DNA of 27,438 nucleotides. Origin: an uncultured bacterium (GTDB taxonomy: Bacteria; Abyssobacteria; SURF-5). The notes beneath the pieces were generated by a model that saw only the letters and a program-made list of their open reading frames with translations, was not told the origin of the DNA and did no database searches. Positions 16,064 through 25,077 of the stretch are shown in pieces; the first letter of the stretch is position 1, and every line of letters begins with the position of its first letter. Made by a program: the position numbers and the translations under genes. The DNA is taken from assembly GCA_964510165.1 (NCBI GenBank), contig CAZEBC010000030.1, positions 1 to 27,438 of the forward strand. The letters are read 5' to 3'.

Positions 16064-16797
16064 GAAACCCCGCTCCCCACGCCGAGCGCCCTGACCTGTG
16101 ATTCGACCAGTTTCAAAATGCCACATCGAGCAAGGTCCAGCATCTCATCAAGCAACTTCCGGTCGAATGGCGCCTTCTCCGCGGTTCCCTGCACTTCAAT
16201 GATGCCGCCATGCTGCCCCATGACCACGTTGAGGTCGGCCTCCGCCCGGGAGTCCTCCTCGTAACAGAGATCGAGCATCGGTACGCCCTCGACGAGGCCG
16301 ACGCTTGTCGCGGCGACGAACTCCCTGATTGGCATGGCTTCGATGACGTTCGCGCTGACGAGACGGCTCAGCGCCTCATGCAGGGCGACAAAAGAGCCGG
16401 TGATGGCGGCGGTGCGGGTGCCGCCATCGGCCTGTATCACGTCGCAGTCAATGATGACGGTCCGCGGGCCAAGCGCAGAGAGGTCTGTCACCGAGCGCAG
16501 CGCGCGCCCCACAAGTCGCTGTATCTCGTAAGTGCGTCCTGAGGGCCCCCGATTGGTTCGAGTGTGAGTCGAGCGCGGCAGCATCGAGTACTCGGCAGTG
16601 ATCCATCCTTTGCCCGTGTCGCGGAGGAAATCGGGTGTTTTCTCCTCGACGGAGGCGGTGCATATCACTCTTGTGTTTCCAATCGAGATGAGCGCCGAGC
16701 CTTCCGCGTATCGGGCACATCCTCCGCTGATATCGACAGGCCGTATCTCGTTCCATTTTCGGCCGTCGAGCCTTCGGATTTCCTCGGGGTTACTCAA
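16060..16797 (-). CDS. rph: Ribonuclease PH
   Basis: R.DGR...[49 protein letters not shown] and EVQGTAE. The likely start is the TTG at 16797 (GAGGA upstream) rather than 16851. Confidence 0.95.
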   Translation of the reverse strand: MSNPEEIRRLDGRKWNEIRPVDISGGCARYAEGSALISIGNTRVICTASVEEKTPDFLRDTGKGWITAEYSMLPRSTHTRTNRGPSGRTYEIQRLVGRALRSVTDLSALGPRTVIIDCDVIQADGGTRTAAITGSFVALHEALSRLVSANVIEAMPIREFVAATSVGLVEGVPMLDLCYEEDSRAEADLNVVMGQHGGIIEVQGTAEKAPFDRKLLDEMLDLARCGILKLVESQVRALGVGSGVS

Positions 16798-18232
16798 CGG
16801 GGACTTCCTCGGGCTGCGGAGTTTCGATGTCACCTTCGGACGGGTCCACATCTATCAGAGTCGGGGGTATCTCCGGCGACCCGGTCTCGGGCGTCTGCTC
16901 TTCCTTGGCAGCCTCCGGCTGGTTCTGTTTTGCGATGCTTATGTTCTGCTCGAGTGACTTGAATATGTCATACCCTTGCAGAAGCTCAACGGCCCTCTGA
17001 AGTTGGATGTCGACGACCTCCTCCTTCTTCTGGTCATCGGCCTGCTTCTTCGGTTCGCCATTGACTGCGCCCGGAATCTCCATGCTGGCAGTGAGCAAAT
17101 GCGCCTTTTGCTCCCTGGTCATCTTGACCTCGATATCGGGGGCGATGCCGACCTTGTTGATCGAATGCCCATTGGGCGTCAGATACTTCGCAGTGGTGAG
17201 GCGCAGGCCGGAACCATCCGAAAGCGGAATAATGCTCTGAACCGAAGCCTTGCCGAACGTCTTCTCGCCAAGGACAACGGCCCGATGCCAGTCCTTGAGC
17301 GCGCCAGCGACTATCTCGGACGCGCTTGCACTGCCGCCGTTAACCAGAACCACCATGGGGATGTTCGGGTCAACGTTGGCGTCGTGTTTCGCCTTGAACT
17401 TCATGTTCTGGTCCGCGTGTCTGGACTCGGTGTAGACGATGAGTTTTCCCTTGTCGAGGAATTCATCGGCCACATCCGCCGCGACGTTGAGGAGTCCGCC
17501 GGGATTATTGCGCAGGTCAACGATGAGCGAGCGCATTTTGGCCTTCTTGAGTTCATCGAGCGCCTTCCGAAGTTCGACCGTGGTCTGCTCGCTGAACTCA
17601 CGAATGCGCACGCGCCCAATATCGTCGGTCAGCATCTCCCATGTGACGCTTCGGATCTTGATGTCGTCCCGCGTGAGCGTGAATTCGAGTTCCTCGGGCA
17701 TTTGGCCGTTGTCCTCGTGCAACCTGAGCACTGTGATGGTGACCTTGCTGCCCTTCGGTCCCCGAAGCTTTTTCACCGCCTCTTCCAGGACAAACCCCTG
17801 TGTGCTCTCGCCATCGATCTTGATTATCTTGTCATTCGCTTGCACGCCCGCTTTATACGCCGGAGTGTCTTCGATGGGAGAGACCACAGTGAGGACCTTG
17901 TTTTCGTCAAGGCTGACGACAATGCCCAGCCCGCCGAAGTGGCCCTCGGTTTCGACCTTCAGTTCCTTATAGGTATCGGGCGGCATGAACTGGCTGTGCG
18001 CGTCAAGCCCGTTCAACATGCCTTTGAGAGAATTGTAAATGAGGTCCCTCGTGGTGACCTCGTCGACGTATTCGTTCTGCACGATGCCCAGCGCATCGGA
18101 AAACAACTCAAGGTCGGTATATGTTGATCCCGTTTGGGCGGTCACATAGCTTGACAGGCCATTGCCTATCAGGATACCCATAACAAGGACCGATAGCAGA
18201 AACAGAACAAACTCATTGCGGTGACGTTGCAT
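16790..18232 (-). CDS. ctpA: S41 family carboxy-terminal processing protease (CtpA type, PDZ domain)
   Basis: N-terminal signal/anchor, LDAHS, FGGLGI (PDZ), [14 protein letters not shown] (catalytic Ser) and FGKASVQ (catalytic Lys); acidic C-terminal tail. Confidence 0.93.
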   Translation of the reverse strand: MQRHRNEFVLFLLSVLVMGILIGNGLSSYVTAQTGSTYTDLELFSDALGIVQNEYVDEVTTRDLIYNSLKGMLNGLDAHSQFMPPDTYKELKVETEGHFGGLGIVVSLDENKVLTVVSPIEDTPAYKAGVQANDKIIKIDGESTQGFVLEEAVKKLRGPKGSKVTITVLRLHEDNGQMPEELEFTLTRDDIKIRSVTWEMLTDDIGRVRIREFSEQTTVELRKALDELKKAKMRSLIVDLRNNPGGLLNVAADVADEFLDKGKLIVYTESRHADQNMKFKAKHDANVDPNIPMVVLVNGGSASASEIVAGALKDWHRAVVLGEKTFGKASVQSIIPLSDGSGLRLTTAKYLTPNGHSINKVGIAPDIEVKMTREQKAHLLTASMEIPGAVNGEPKKQADDQKKEEVVDIQLQRAVELLQGYDIFKSLEQNISIAKQNQPEAAKEEQTPETGSPEIPPTLIDVDPSEGDIETPQPEEVPVE

Positions 18233-20242
18233 TTACTGCCTCCTTTGAAGCCAGACAGCCGGATCAACGGGCTGTCCATTCTCCCTTATTTCAAAGTACA
18301 AGAAAGAGCCTTTGATGGAGCCGGTCTCACCCACAAGCGCTATGGGCTGGCCCGCGCTCACCGGGTCCCCCTTCTTGACCAGTATTTCGGAACAATGAGA
18401 ATAGATGCTGTTGTATCCCCCTCCATGGTCGAGAATCACAAGCTTTCCATATCCTCTGAACCAATCACAATATGCGACCACGCCCTGATGAACAGCCCGA
18501 ATTTCGGAGCCTGCCTCAGCCGAGATATCCACTCCCAGGTGCCTGGTATAGGTGTCAGAGCCGGGATTCCTGATGCGCCCGAAGGGAAGCGTCATCTCTC
18601 CCGTCGTCGGCCACGGCAGGAGCCCTTTCATTTCCCTGAAGGGAACGGAGGCGGCTGGCAGGGCCTGCGTCTCCGCGCGTTGAGAGTCAATCAACTCCTG
18701 CAGGTTCCGAGCCGATGTCTCGAGGTCCGCGATGGCAGCCAGGTAGATGCTTTTCTGCTCGTTCAGATTGTCGAGGAGGACCTGACGTTGCTTCTTTTTC
18801 TCAAGGTATTGCTGGGCTCGCAGGCTCGTGGTCTCCGTATACAGAGTATCCAATTCGCCGCGTTTTTGCAAGTTTTCCTGCTGTTTCAGCAGTTCGAGGC
18901 GCAGCGAGCGGGTGCGTTCGAACGCACGAGCCTCTTCGCGCGCCAACAGCGAAATCATCTTTCGGCGCCTCGTCAGTTCCGACTGTGGAACATCCCACAG
19001 GATCACCTCAACCACGCTGGGTTCGCGGCTATTGCAGAGCATCCTCAGCCATTGTTCGAGCTCCCGCCGTGACTGCGAGTATTCGGCCTCGCAACGAGCG
19101 AGGTCGAGCCTGGCTTTTTCTATCTCATCCTGATTCAACAACACCTTCGATTCACCGTCCTTTATCTGACGAGAGAGACCGTCGAGTTCTTTGTCAATCT
19201 GCTCGAGTTCGCGGATGACTGCCGTCTGCTTTCGCCCTATCCTTTCGGCGGCCTCACGGTTTTGCTGTAATTCGATCGTGAGCTGTTTCAGCTCATCTCG
19301 GTATTTGGCCAATTCCGATTCCAGACCACTCTCCGCGTACGCGGTAGATGTAAGGAGCGCAAGCGCAAAGATGGTAAAGGCTCGGCCTATTGCGCTGCGA
19401 ACCGAGAACCAGCTCGCCAATACGGCGAGTATGGGACCAACGGCAGCGACCGCGACGAAGACCGATACGGGCAACTCGAGCGCCCGCCCCATCCTCGAGG
19501 AGACCATGAGCGAGGCCAACACCAGAACAGCAATCCCGACGGCAGACCCCGCCACCCCCTGAGCAATGCCTTCCACGGTGAACACACGGCGGATGAAGCC
19601 GCCGCTGGCGCCCATCATTTGGAGGGTATGAGTGCCGGTTTTTCGCGTGGCAGACGCAAGCCGTGCGATGTTGACCGTTATTATTCCGAAAACCACTACC
19701 CAGAAGACGCTTGCGCCAACGGTGAATGCGGCGACATCCCGCCGAAACTGAAGGTATCGCTCCAGAAGGAGCTCTTCGAATTTGACTTCGTCCACTCCAT
19801 CGAGAGAATCGATCCTGGAGGCGAGTTCCTTGATGGCGCCAAGGCCGCGACTGCCTTCAGTCAATCGTACCACCACGGATGCAGGCAGCACTTCATCGAG
19901 CGGAACTCCGCCCAAGTCCAGCGAATCGCGCACCGCGGAAAATAGCTCCTCGTACGATTGCTGTCCGGTAATCAACCTGGCATCGGCTACTCCCGGGATA
20001 GCCCCGATGTCAACCGCGAGTTTTCGCGAATCCTCTTCACTCATCCCCTGTGTGAGGAATGCGACCAGCTCCACCCGACTTTCCCAGCGCCTGAGTGTCG
20101 CATTCAGATTGATGGCGCACAGCGCGAATGCGCCGAGGGCAAACACCGCAACCGCCACGCATCCAGTCATCGCCAGGCTGAGGGTGCGATCACGGCGGAA
20201 ATTCCGCAGTCCCTCCCTAAGCGCCAGACTATAATTTTCCAT
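18233..20242 (-). CDS. FtsX-EnvC fusion: FtsX permease (aa ~1-284), signal-peptide-like linker (aa ~287-303), coiled coil and degenerate M23/LytM domain (aa 304-669)
   Basis: FtsX part: LREGLRNFRR, TM1, a large extracytoplasmic loop (LPASVVV...GVDEV), MGAS..FIRRVF..EG and three further TMs. EnvC part: long coiled coil, KGLLPWP..G, FG, HLGVDI, GYGKLVILDHGGG, and LYFEIR..GQPVDP..WL. One uninterrupted ORF. Confidence 0.88.
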   Translation of the reverse strand: MENYSLALREGLRNFRRDRTLSLAMTGCVAVAVFALGAFALCAINLNATLRRWESRVELVAFLTQGMSEEDSRKLAVDIGAIPGVADARLITGQQSYEELFSAVRDSLDLGGVPLDEVLPASVVVRLTEGSRGLGAIKELASRIDSLDGVDEVKFEELLLERYLQFRRDVAAFTVGASVFWVVVFGIITVNIARLASATRKTGTHTLQMMGASGGFIRRVFTVEGIAQGVAGSAVGIAVLVLASLMVSSRMGRALELPVSVFVAVAAVGPILAVLASWFSVRSAIGRAFTIFALALLTSTAYAESGLESELAKYRDELKQLTIELQQNREAAERIGRKQTAVIRELEQIDKELDGLSRQIKDGESKVLLNQDEIEKARLDLARCEAEYSQSRRELEQWLRMLCNSREPSVVEVILWDVPQSELTRRRKMISLLAREEARAFERTRSLRLELLKQQENLQKRGELDTLYTETTSLRAQQYLEKKKQRQVLLDNLNEQKSIYLAAIADLETSARNLQELIDSQRAETQALPAASVPFREMKGLLPWPTTGEMTLPFGRIRNPGSDTYTRHLGVDISAEAGSEIRAVHQGVVAYCDWFRGYGKLVILDHGGGYNSIYSHCSEILVKKGDPVSAGQPIALVGETGSIKGSFLYFEIRENGQPVDPAVWLQRRQ

Positions 20243-20269
20243 CGACCTCTCTTGCCGGGGCGGGCTCTG

Positions 20270-20941
20270 TCAACGGGTTACAGATTTCGCGAGGCGTCCG
20301 AGCGAACTCTTGTCAAGCATAATGGCCCGCTTGCCGAATCGCTCGGCGAGTTCCACGCGATGGGTGGCTATCACGACGGTCGAGCCGCGCAGGTGCGCCC
20401 TCTTGAACATTTCCGCCGCGTTCTCGATACAATGCCAATCGAGGACTTCATAGGGTTCGTCGGCAAGCACAATCTTGGGGCGGCGCGCGAGTGCGCGACA
20501 GATCTTGACCATCTGCTTCTCATTCTCCGACACTTGCCGGGGAAGGAGAGCCGCCTTGCCCAACAACCCGACCTCTCTCAGATACTCATGCGCTTCTTTC
20601 TTTGCATTGACAAAGTGCGAACTCGCAAGCTCAAGAGATATCTGGATGTTCTCAGCCAGCGTATGATGAGGAAGCAGCGGGTCATCCTGGAAGATAACCC
20701 CAATCTCGCGCCGATACCTCGGGATGTCGCGCTTCTTGATCTCGGAAAGATCGCAGCCGTCCACGATGACGCTGCCGCCGGCCGGCGCCTCTTGCAGCGC
20801 CAGAATCCTCAGGAGCGAGGTCTTGCCCGAACCCGCCTGTCCACAGACAAACACGAAATCGCCTCGTTCAATGTGCAGATTGAGTCCATCTATAATCTGG
20901 TGGCTGCCTTGGCGCAGGCTGAGGTCAAGCGTTATTATCAC
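20270..20941 (-). CDS. ftsE: FtsE-like ABC ATPase with degenerate signature motif and D-loop
   Basis: Walker A GQAGSGKTS; FtsE-typical IP.YRREIGVIFQD..LL; Walker B VLADEP; ATH switch; directly upstream of ftsX. The GTG start at 20941 overlaps the transketolase stop (GTGA). Confidence 0.85.
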   Translation of the reverse strand: MIITLDLSLRQGSHQIIDGLNLHIERGDFVFVCGQAGSGKTSLLRILALQEAPAGGSVIVDGCDLSEIKKRDIPRYRREIGVIFQDDPLLPHHTLAENIQISLELASSHFVNAKKEAHEYLREVGLLGKAALLPRQVSENEKQMVKICRALARRPKIVLADEPYEVLDWHCIENAAEMFKRAHLRGSTVVIATHRVELAERFGKRAIMLDKSSLGRLAKSVTR

Positions 20942-21897
20942 TCGGCAGTGGCCTTTCTCGAAAGCGCCTTGCGAGCGGCTTCGGCTACGTGGCCTGCGGT
21001 CAATCCATAGTATGCGCACAGACCGTCAGGTTCGCCCGACTGACCGAACACATCATTCATGCCCACTCGGAACACGGGGGTGGGAACGGTCTCGCAGATC
21101 ACTTCAGCCACAGCGCTGCCGAGACCGCCAATGATATTGTGCTCCTCAACGGTGACGATCGCGCCGGTCTCCCCCGCCGCGGACATGAGCATCTCGCGGT
21201 CTATCGGCTTGATGGTGCTCATGTTGATTACCCGGGCGCTGATGGAATCTCGCAGCAATAATTCGGAGGCGGCTATCGCGACCTGCACCATCGCGCCCGT
21301 CGCTATTATCGAGACGTCGGAGCCCTCCATGAGAAGCGAGGCCCTGCCAAGCTCGAATTCATAGTCCTGATCATAAATGACTGGAACACCGGAGCGGCCC
21401 AGCCTGAGGTAGGCCGGACCAGGGGTTTCGGCCAAGACTTCGACCGCCTTCTCCGTTTCTACCGCGTCAGCCGGAACAACCACCTTCATGTTCGGGATCG
21501 CCCGCATCAGGGCGATGTCCTCGATTGCCTGATGGGACGAGCCGTCCGGACCGACTCCGATCCCGGCATGTGAGGCGGCGACCTTCACATTCAGATTTGC
21601 ATAGCAGATGGTGTTGCGTATCTGCTCCCACGCCCTCCCGGTAGCGAAGATGGCGAATGTGCTCGCAAACGCGATTTTCCCCGAGGCTGCCAGACCGGCG
21701 GCCGTGCCCATCATATCGGCCTCGGCTATGCCCATATCGAAAAAACGTTCCGGAAACTTGTGTTTGAACTTAATGGTGTTGGTTGACTTGGCCAGGTCGG
21801 CATCGAGCACGACAATATCGCGGTTCCGTTCCCCGAGCTTTACAAGCGCATTCCCGTAGGCCACGCGGGTTGCAATCTTCTCACCGGGCTTCGACAT
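20938..21897 (-). CDS. Transketolase, C-terminal subunit
   Basis: ATRVAYG, LDADLAKST, FFDMGIAE, GPDGSSHQ and TVEEH...GGLG. ATG at 21897 with a strong RBS (AGGAGAAAGGA). Confidence 0.95.
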   Translation of the reverse strand: MSKPGEKIATRVAYGNALVKLGERNRDIVVLDADLAKSTNTIKFKHKFPERFFDMGIAEADMMGTAAGLAASGKIAFASTFAIFATGRAWEQIRNTICYANLNVKVAASHAGIGVGPDGSSHQAIEDIALMRAIPNMKVVVPADAVETEKAVEVLAETPGPAYLRLGRSGVPVIYDQDYEFELGRASLLMEGSDVSIIATGAMVQVAIAASELLLRDSISARVINMSTIKPIDREMLMSAAGETGAIVTVEEHNIIGGLGSAVAEVICETVPTPVFRVGMNDVFGQSGEPDGLCAYYGLTAGHVAEAARKALSRKATAE

Positions 21898-21910
21898 TCG
21901 TCCTTTCTCC

Positions 21911-22741
21911 TCACTCGATCTCGATCTCGGCCAGAGCGCGGTCACGCTCCTCCTCAGTGGGCGCGACGCCGTGATAATCCACCTTGCCCTCCATGAAGGA
22001 AACGCCCTTGCCCTTCATGGTTCTCGCCACGATGACCGTCGGACGCCCTTTGACGACGCTCGCCCGGTCGAACGCGTCGAGAATCTCGCCCATATCGTGC
22101 CCGTCTATCTCCATGGCGTTCCATCCGAAACTGTGCCATTTCGCCGTTATTGACCCAAGCGATTTCACCTCGTCAATCCTGCCGTCGATTTGAAGCCCGT
22201 TGTTGTCCACTACGGCGCACAGGTTGTCGAGCCTATGATGCGCCGACGTCATGGCGGCCTCCCATATCTGGCCCTCCTGAAGCTCCCCATCACCTAGTAT
22301 GATATAGACGCGATGCATGCGTCCGTCGAGCCTGGCAGCCAAAGCCATGCCGTTTGCGATGGAAAGCCCCTGTCCGAGAGACCCGCTTGACATCTCCACG
22401 CCGGGGGTCTTGAGCATGTCGGGATGTCCCTGCAACGGACTGTTGAGCCTTCGCAGGGTATCGAGCCATTCGAGCGGGAAGTAGCCGCACCGCGCGAGAA
22501 CCGAGTACCAGGTGGGCGCACAGTGCCCCTTCGACATGAGGAAGCGGTCCCGGTCGGGCCAATCCGGACGCTTCGGGTCGTGCCGCATCACGTGGAAATA
22601 GAGCGCAACCACGATGTCGGCGCATGAAAGACTGCCACCAGGATGGCCGGAGCCGGCCTTCGCAAGCATTCGAATGATATCGCCTCGAACGAGCCTGGCG
22701 TGGCGCTCCAGGTCATTGATAACATTTTTGTCAAAAGGCAT
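21911..22741 (-). CDS. Transketolase, N-terminal subunit
   Basis: SGHPGGSLS, DRDRFLMSKGH, LQGHP, SGSLGQG and the TPP-binding GDGE...NN motif. Confidence 0.95.
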   Translation of the reverse strand: MPFDKNVINDLERHARLVRGDIIRMLAKAGSGHPGGSLSCADIVVALYFHVMRHDPKRPDWPDRDRFLMSKGHCAPTWYSVLARCGYFPLEWLDTLRRLNSPLQGHPDMLKTPGVEMSSGSLGQGLSIANGMALAARLDGRMHRVYIILGDGELQEGQIWEAAMTSAHHRLDNLCAVVDNNGLQIDGRIDEVKSLGSITAKWHSFGWNAMEIDGHDMGEILDAFDRASVVKGRPTVIVARTMKGKGVSFMEGKVDYHGVAPTEEERDRALAEIEIE

Positions 22742-22788
22742 TTACCTTCTCCCTGACTCACGGCATACAAACGCGGGAACAACGAGTC

Positions 22789-22817
22789 AGTTTATCAGAT
22801 TACGCGAAAAATGTAAA
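22789..22817 (-). promoter_or_regulatory. Putative sigma70 promoter of the tkt-ftsEX operon
   Basis: The minus strand reads TTTACA, 17 nt, TAAACT, with an extended -10 TGn. Confidence 0.55.
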
Positions 22818-22852
22818 CCGAGGGATTGGCCCTTCGGCTCGCCCGAGTAGTG

Positions 22853-22861
22853 TGATATAAT
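22853..22861 (+). promoter_or_regulatory. Extended -10 promoter for the SIMPL gene
   Basis: TGaTATAAT in the divergent intergenic region; the -35 element is weak. Confidence 0.55.
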
Positions 22862-22954
22862 AGTTATTCTGGAAGTCTTCCCCGCAACCGGGGGGGCGAA
22901 CATTGTGCTCGCTCCATTGTCCTGACGCGGTCATCTGGCCCGTTGGAGGAAGCC

Positions 22955-23677
22955 ATGGAAAACAAATCGTTTTCTCCCTTCGCCGTCCTCGGCATCACAA
23001 TAGGTCTGGGAATCGCCATCGCGGGATACCTGACGGGAAACGCGCTGTACAAGGCGCGAGCATCAGAGCGGTATGTAAGCGTGAAGGGTCTGGCTGAACG
23101 TTTGGTGGACGCCGACCTCGCTATCTGGCCGATCACGTTCAAAGAAACCGACAACGACTTGTCCAAACTCCAGGGAAAGCTGGACTCCAATCGGAAGGTG
23201 ATTCGCGAGTTTCTGATGGGCGAAGGATTCGAGGAGACTGAATTGTCGGAATCGCCCGTGCATGTCACGGACTTGCAGGCAGAGGCCTACATACAGGATG
23301 TGGAGAAACGGCCGTATCGGTACATGGCCGAAGCCACGCTGACTGTCCGCTCCGGCAAGGTCGCGCTCGTCAAGCAGGCTATGGAGAAATCGGATCAACT
23401 CGTGAAGAAGGGAATTGTGCTGCTTGGCGGATACGGCCAAAACGCCGAGTTCGTGTACACCAGCCTGAGTGACATCAAGCCCGAGATGGTGGCTGAGGCA
23501 ACTCAAGATGCCCGCAAGGCTGCGGAACAGTTCGCCAAGGACTCCGGCAGCAACGTGGGCGCCATCCGCAACGCATGGCAGGGCTTCTTCTCAATTGAGG
23601 ACCAGGACAGATACGCTCCCGACAGAAAGCGCGTGCGAGTCGTAACCACAGTCGAGTATTTTCTTGTGAACGATTGA
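22955..23677 (+). CDS. SIMPL domain (DUF541) protein
   Basis: N-terminal TM; R.VSVKGLAER.V.AD.AIWPI; IKPEM..EAT.DAR.AAEQFAKDSGS.VG.IR.A.QG.FSI; K.VRVVTTVEY. ATG at 22955 follows GGAGG. Confidence 0.88.
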   Translation: MENKSFSPFAVLGITIGLGIAIAGYLTGNALYKARASERYVSVKGLAERLVDADLAIWPITFKETDNDLSKLQGKLDSNRKVIREFLMGEGFEETELSESPVHVTDLQAEAYIQDVEKRPYRYMAEATLTVRSGKVALVKQAMEKSDQLVKKGIVLLGGYGQNAEFVYTSLSDIKPEMVAEATQDARKAAEQFAKDSGSNVGAIRNAWQGFFSIEDQDRYAPDRKRVRVVTTVEYFLVND

Positions 23678-23762
23678 CACGGACCCTGCGCAGTCCCGGC
23701 GAGCGCGCGTGCGGACTCCTTCGAGGTTATTGTGGGGGCGCAGCATGCCGGGCACCCTTCTC

Positions 23763-25025
23763 TTACTTCAGCTTATCACGCCCGAATCCGAGGATGTTCC
23801 GCGCAACGATTAGCATGTTGATCTGGCCGGTTCCCTCGAAAATGTCGTTGATCTTGCAGTCGCGCATCCACTTCTCGAGCAGATACTCGCGCGAGTAACC
23901 CAGCGGCCCCATCAGTTCCACGGCCTTTTGACACACCCGCGTCACGGCCAGCCCCGCCTTCGCCTTCGCCATCGAGGCCTCCAGGCTGTTGCGCTCGCGC
24001 CGGTCGAGCATCCAACAGGCACGCCACGTGAGTAGCCGCGCAGCCTTCAGGTTCGCCTCCATCTCGTGAATGTCCCTCTCGACCGCGCTCATCTTGTACG
24101 GCGAGATTCCATACCGAACCTCTATCCCCCGCTCCGAGAGCTTTTCCTTGACGAATTCGAGCGCGGCCCGGCCAATGCCGATTGCGCCAGCGGCTATGTT
24201 GGGCCGCGTGGCGTCAAACGTGGCCATCACGCCCTTGAACCCTTTGGTGCTGCCCTTGGCCTGAACCTCGGGGCTGCCAAGGATGTTGTCGAGCGGGATT
24301 CGGCAGTCTTCAAACACCACGGTCGCGGTATCCGAGGCGCGGATGCCGAGCTTGTGTTCGAGCTTCGTGACGGTCATGCCGGGAGTCCCCTTTTCCACAA
24401 CGAAACTCTTGATGCCCGCGCGCCCGGCCGATTTGTCAATCGTTGCCCACACGACCACGAATCCGTCGGTCTCCTCGCACGCCATCTTTCCGCTCGTCAC
24501 AAAAATCTTCTCGCCGTTTAGCACCCATGAGTCGCCGTCGCGAACGGCGGTACACGTGATTGCCGCAGTATCCGACCCCGCGTTCGCCTCAGTGATCGCC
24601 ATCGCACCCCATTTCGGCGAGCCTTCCGTAAACCTCTTGAAGAAACGCCGCTTCTGCTCGGGCGTACCGACCGCGTTGATCGCGGCGCCGCCGAGCCGAG
24701 GCCCCGGATTGCACAGGTTCAGGCCGGCGTCGCCCCAAGAGCGCTCCTCGGCCAAGACCGCACTCATGATCATCGGCTGGCCTCCTGCCCGTTCCAGTCC
24801 AAGCTTCCTGGCCTTCGCCCGCTCTTCTTCGGTCTGCTCGAGCGCGGCCAGTTGATCAGTCACCTCGGCCTTGACATCCTCCCAGATCATGTTGATGTAG
24901 TCCCACGGCTTCTCATGCTCTCGCTCGTCATATTCACGCGCAACCGGCCGCATGTGCGAGACGGCCGTGTCATGCATCTTTCGTTGCGCCTCGACTATCT
25001 GGGGCGCCAATTCAAAATCAATCAT
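23763..25025 (-). CDS. Acyl-CoA dehydrogenase family protein
   Basis: AMAITEANAGSD, LNGEKIFVT, KLGIRASDTA, EASMAK and LEKWMRDCKINDIFEGT.QI. Confidence 0.93.
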   Translation of the reverse strand: MIDFELAPQIVEAQRKMHDTAVSHMRPVAREYDEREHEKPWDYINMIWEDVKAEVTDQLAALEQTEEERAKARKLGLERAGGQPMIMSAVLAEERSWGDAGLNLCNPGPRLGGAAINAVGTPEQKRRFFKRFTEGSPKWGAMAITEANAGSDTAAITCTAVRDGDSWVLNGEKIFVTSGKMACEETDGFVVVWATIDKSAGRAGIKSFVVEKGTPGMTVTKLEHKLGIRASDTATVVFEDCRIPLDNILGSPEVQAKGSTKGFKGVMATFDATRPNIAAGAIGIGRAALEFVKEKLSERGIEVRYGISPYKMSAVERDIHEMEANLKAARLLTWRACWMLDRRERNSLEASMAKAKAGLAVTRVCQKAVELMGPLGYSREYLLEKWMRDCKINDIFEGTGQINMLIVARNILGFGRDKLK

Positions 25026-25077
25026 CGGAAATCCTCCTCATCTTCACCGAGTACAAGCTCGGTTCGACTGGACCCGA

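Noticed and set aside
20942-21019. N-terminal extensions given by the ORF track for ftsE, tktC, rph, rdgB, tsaC, glyA, dinG, SIMPL and the AhpD-like gene
   Set aside because: Downstream starts fit RBS or promoter positions, stop/start overlaps and family N-termini better.
22862-22950. Structured RNA in the 5' region of the SIMPL gene (gtcttcccg-caac-cggggggc hairpin)
   Set aside because: It is a single GC hairpin with no recognisable ncRNA or riboswitch consensus; an Rfam search would be needed.
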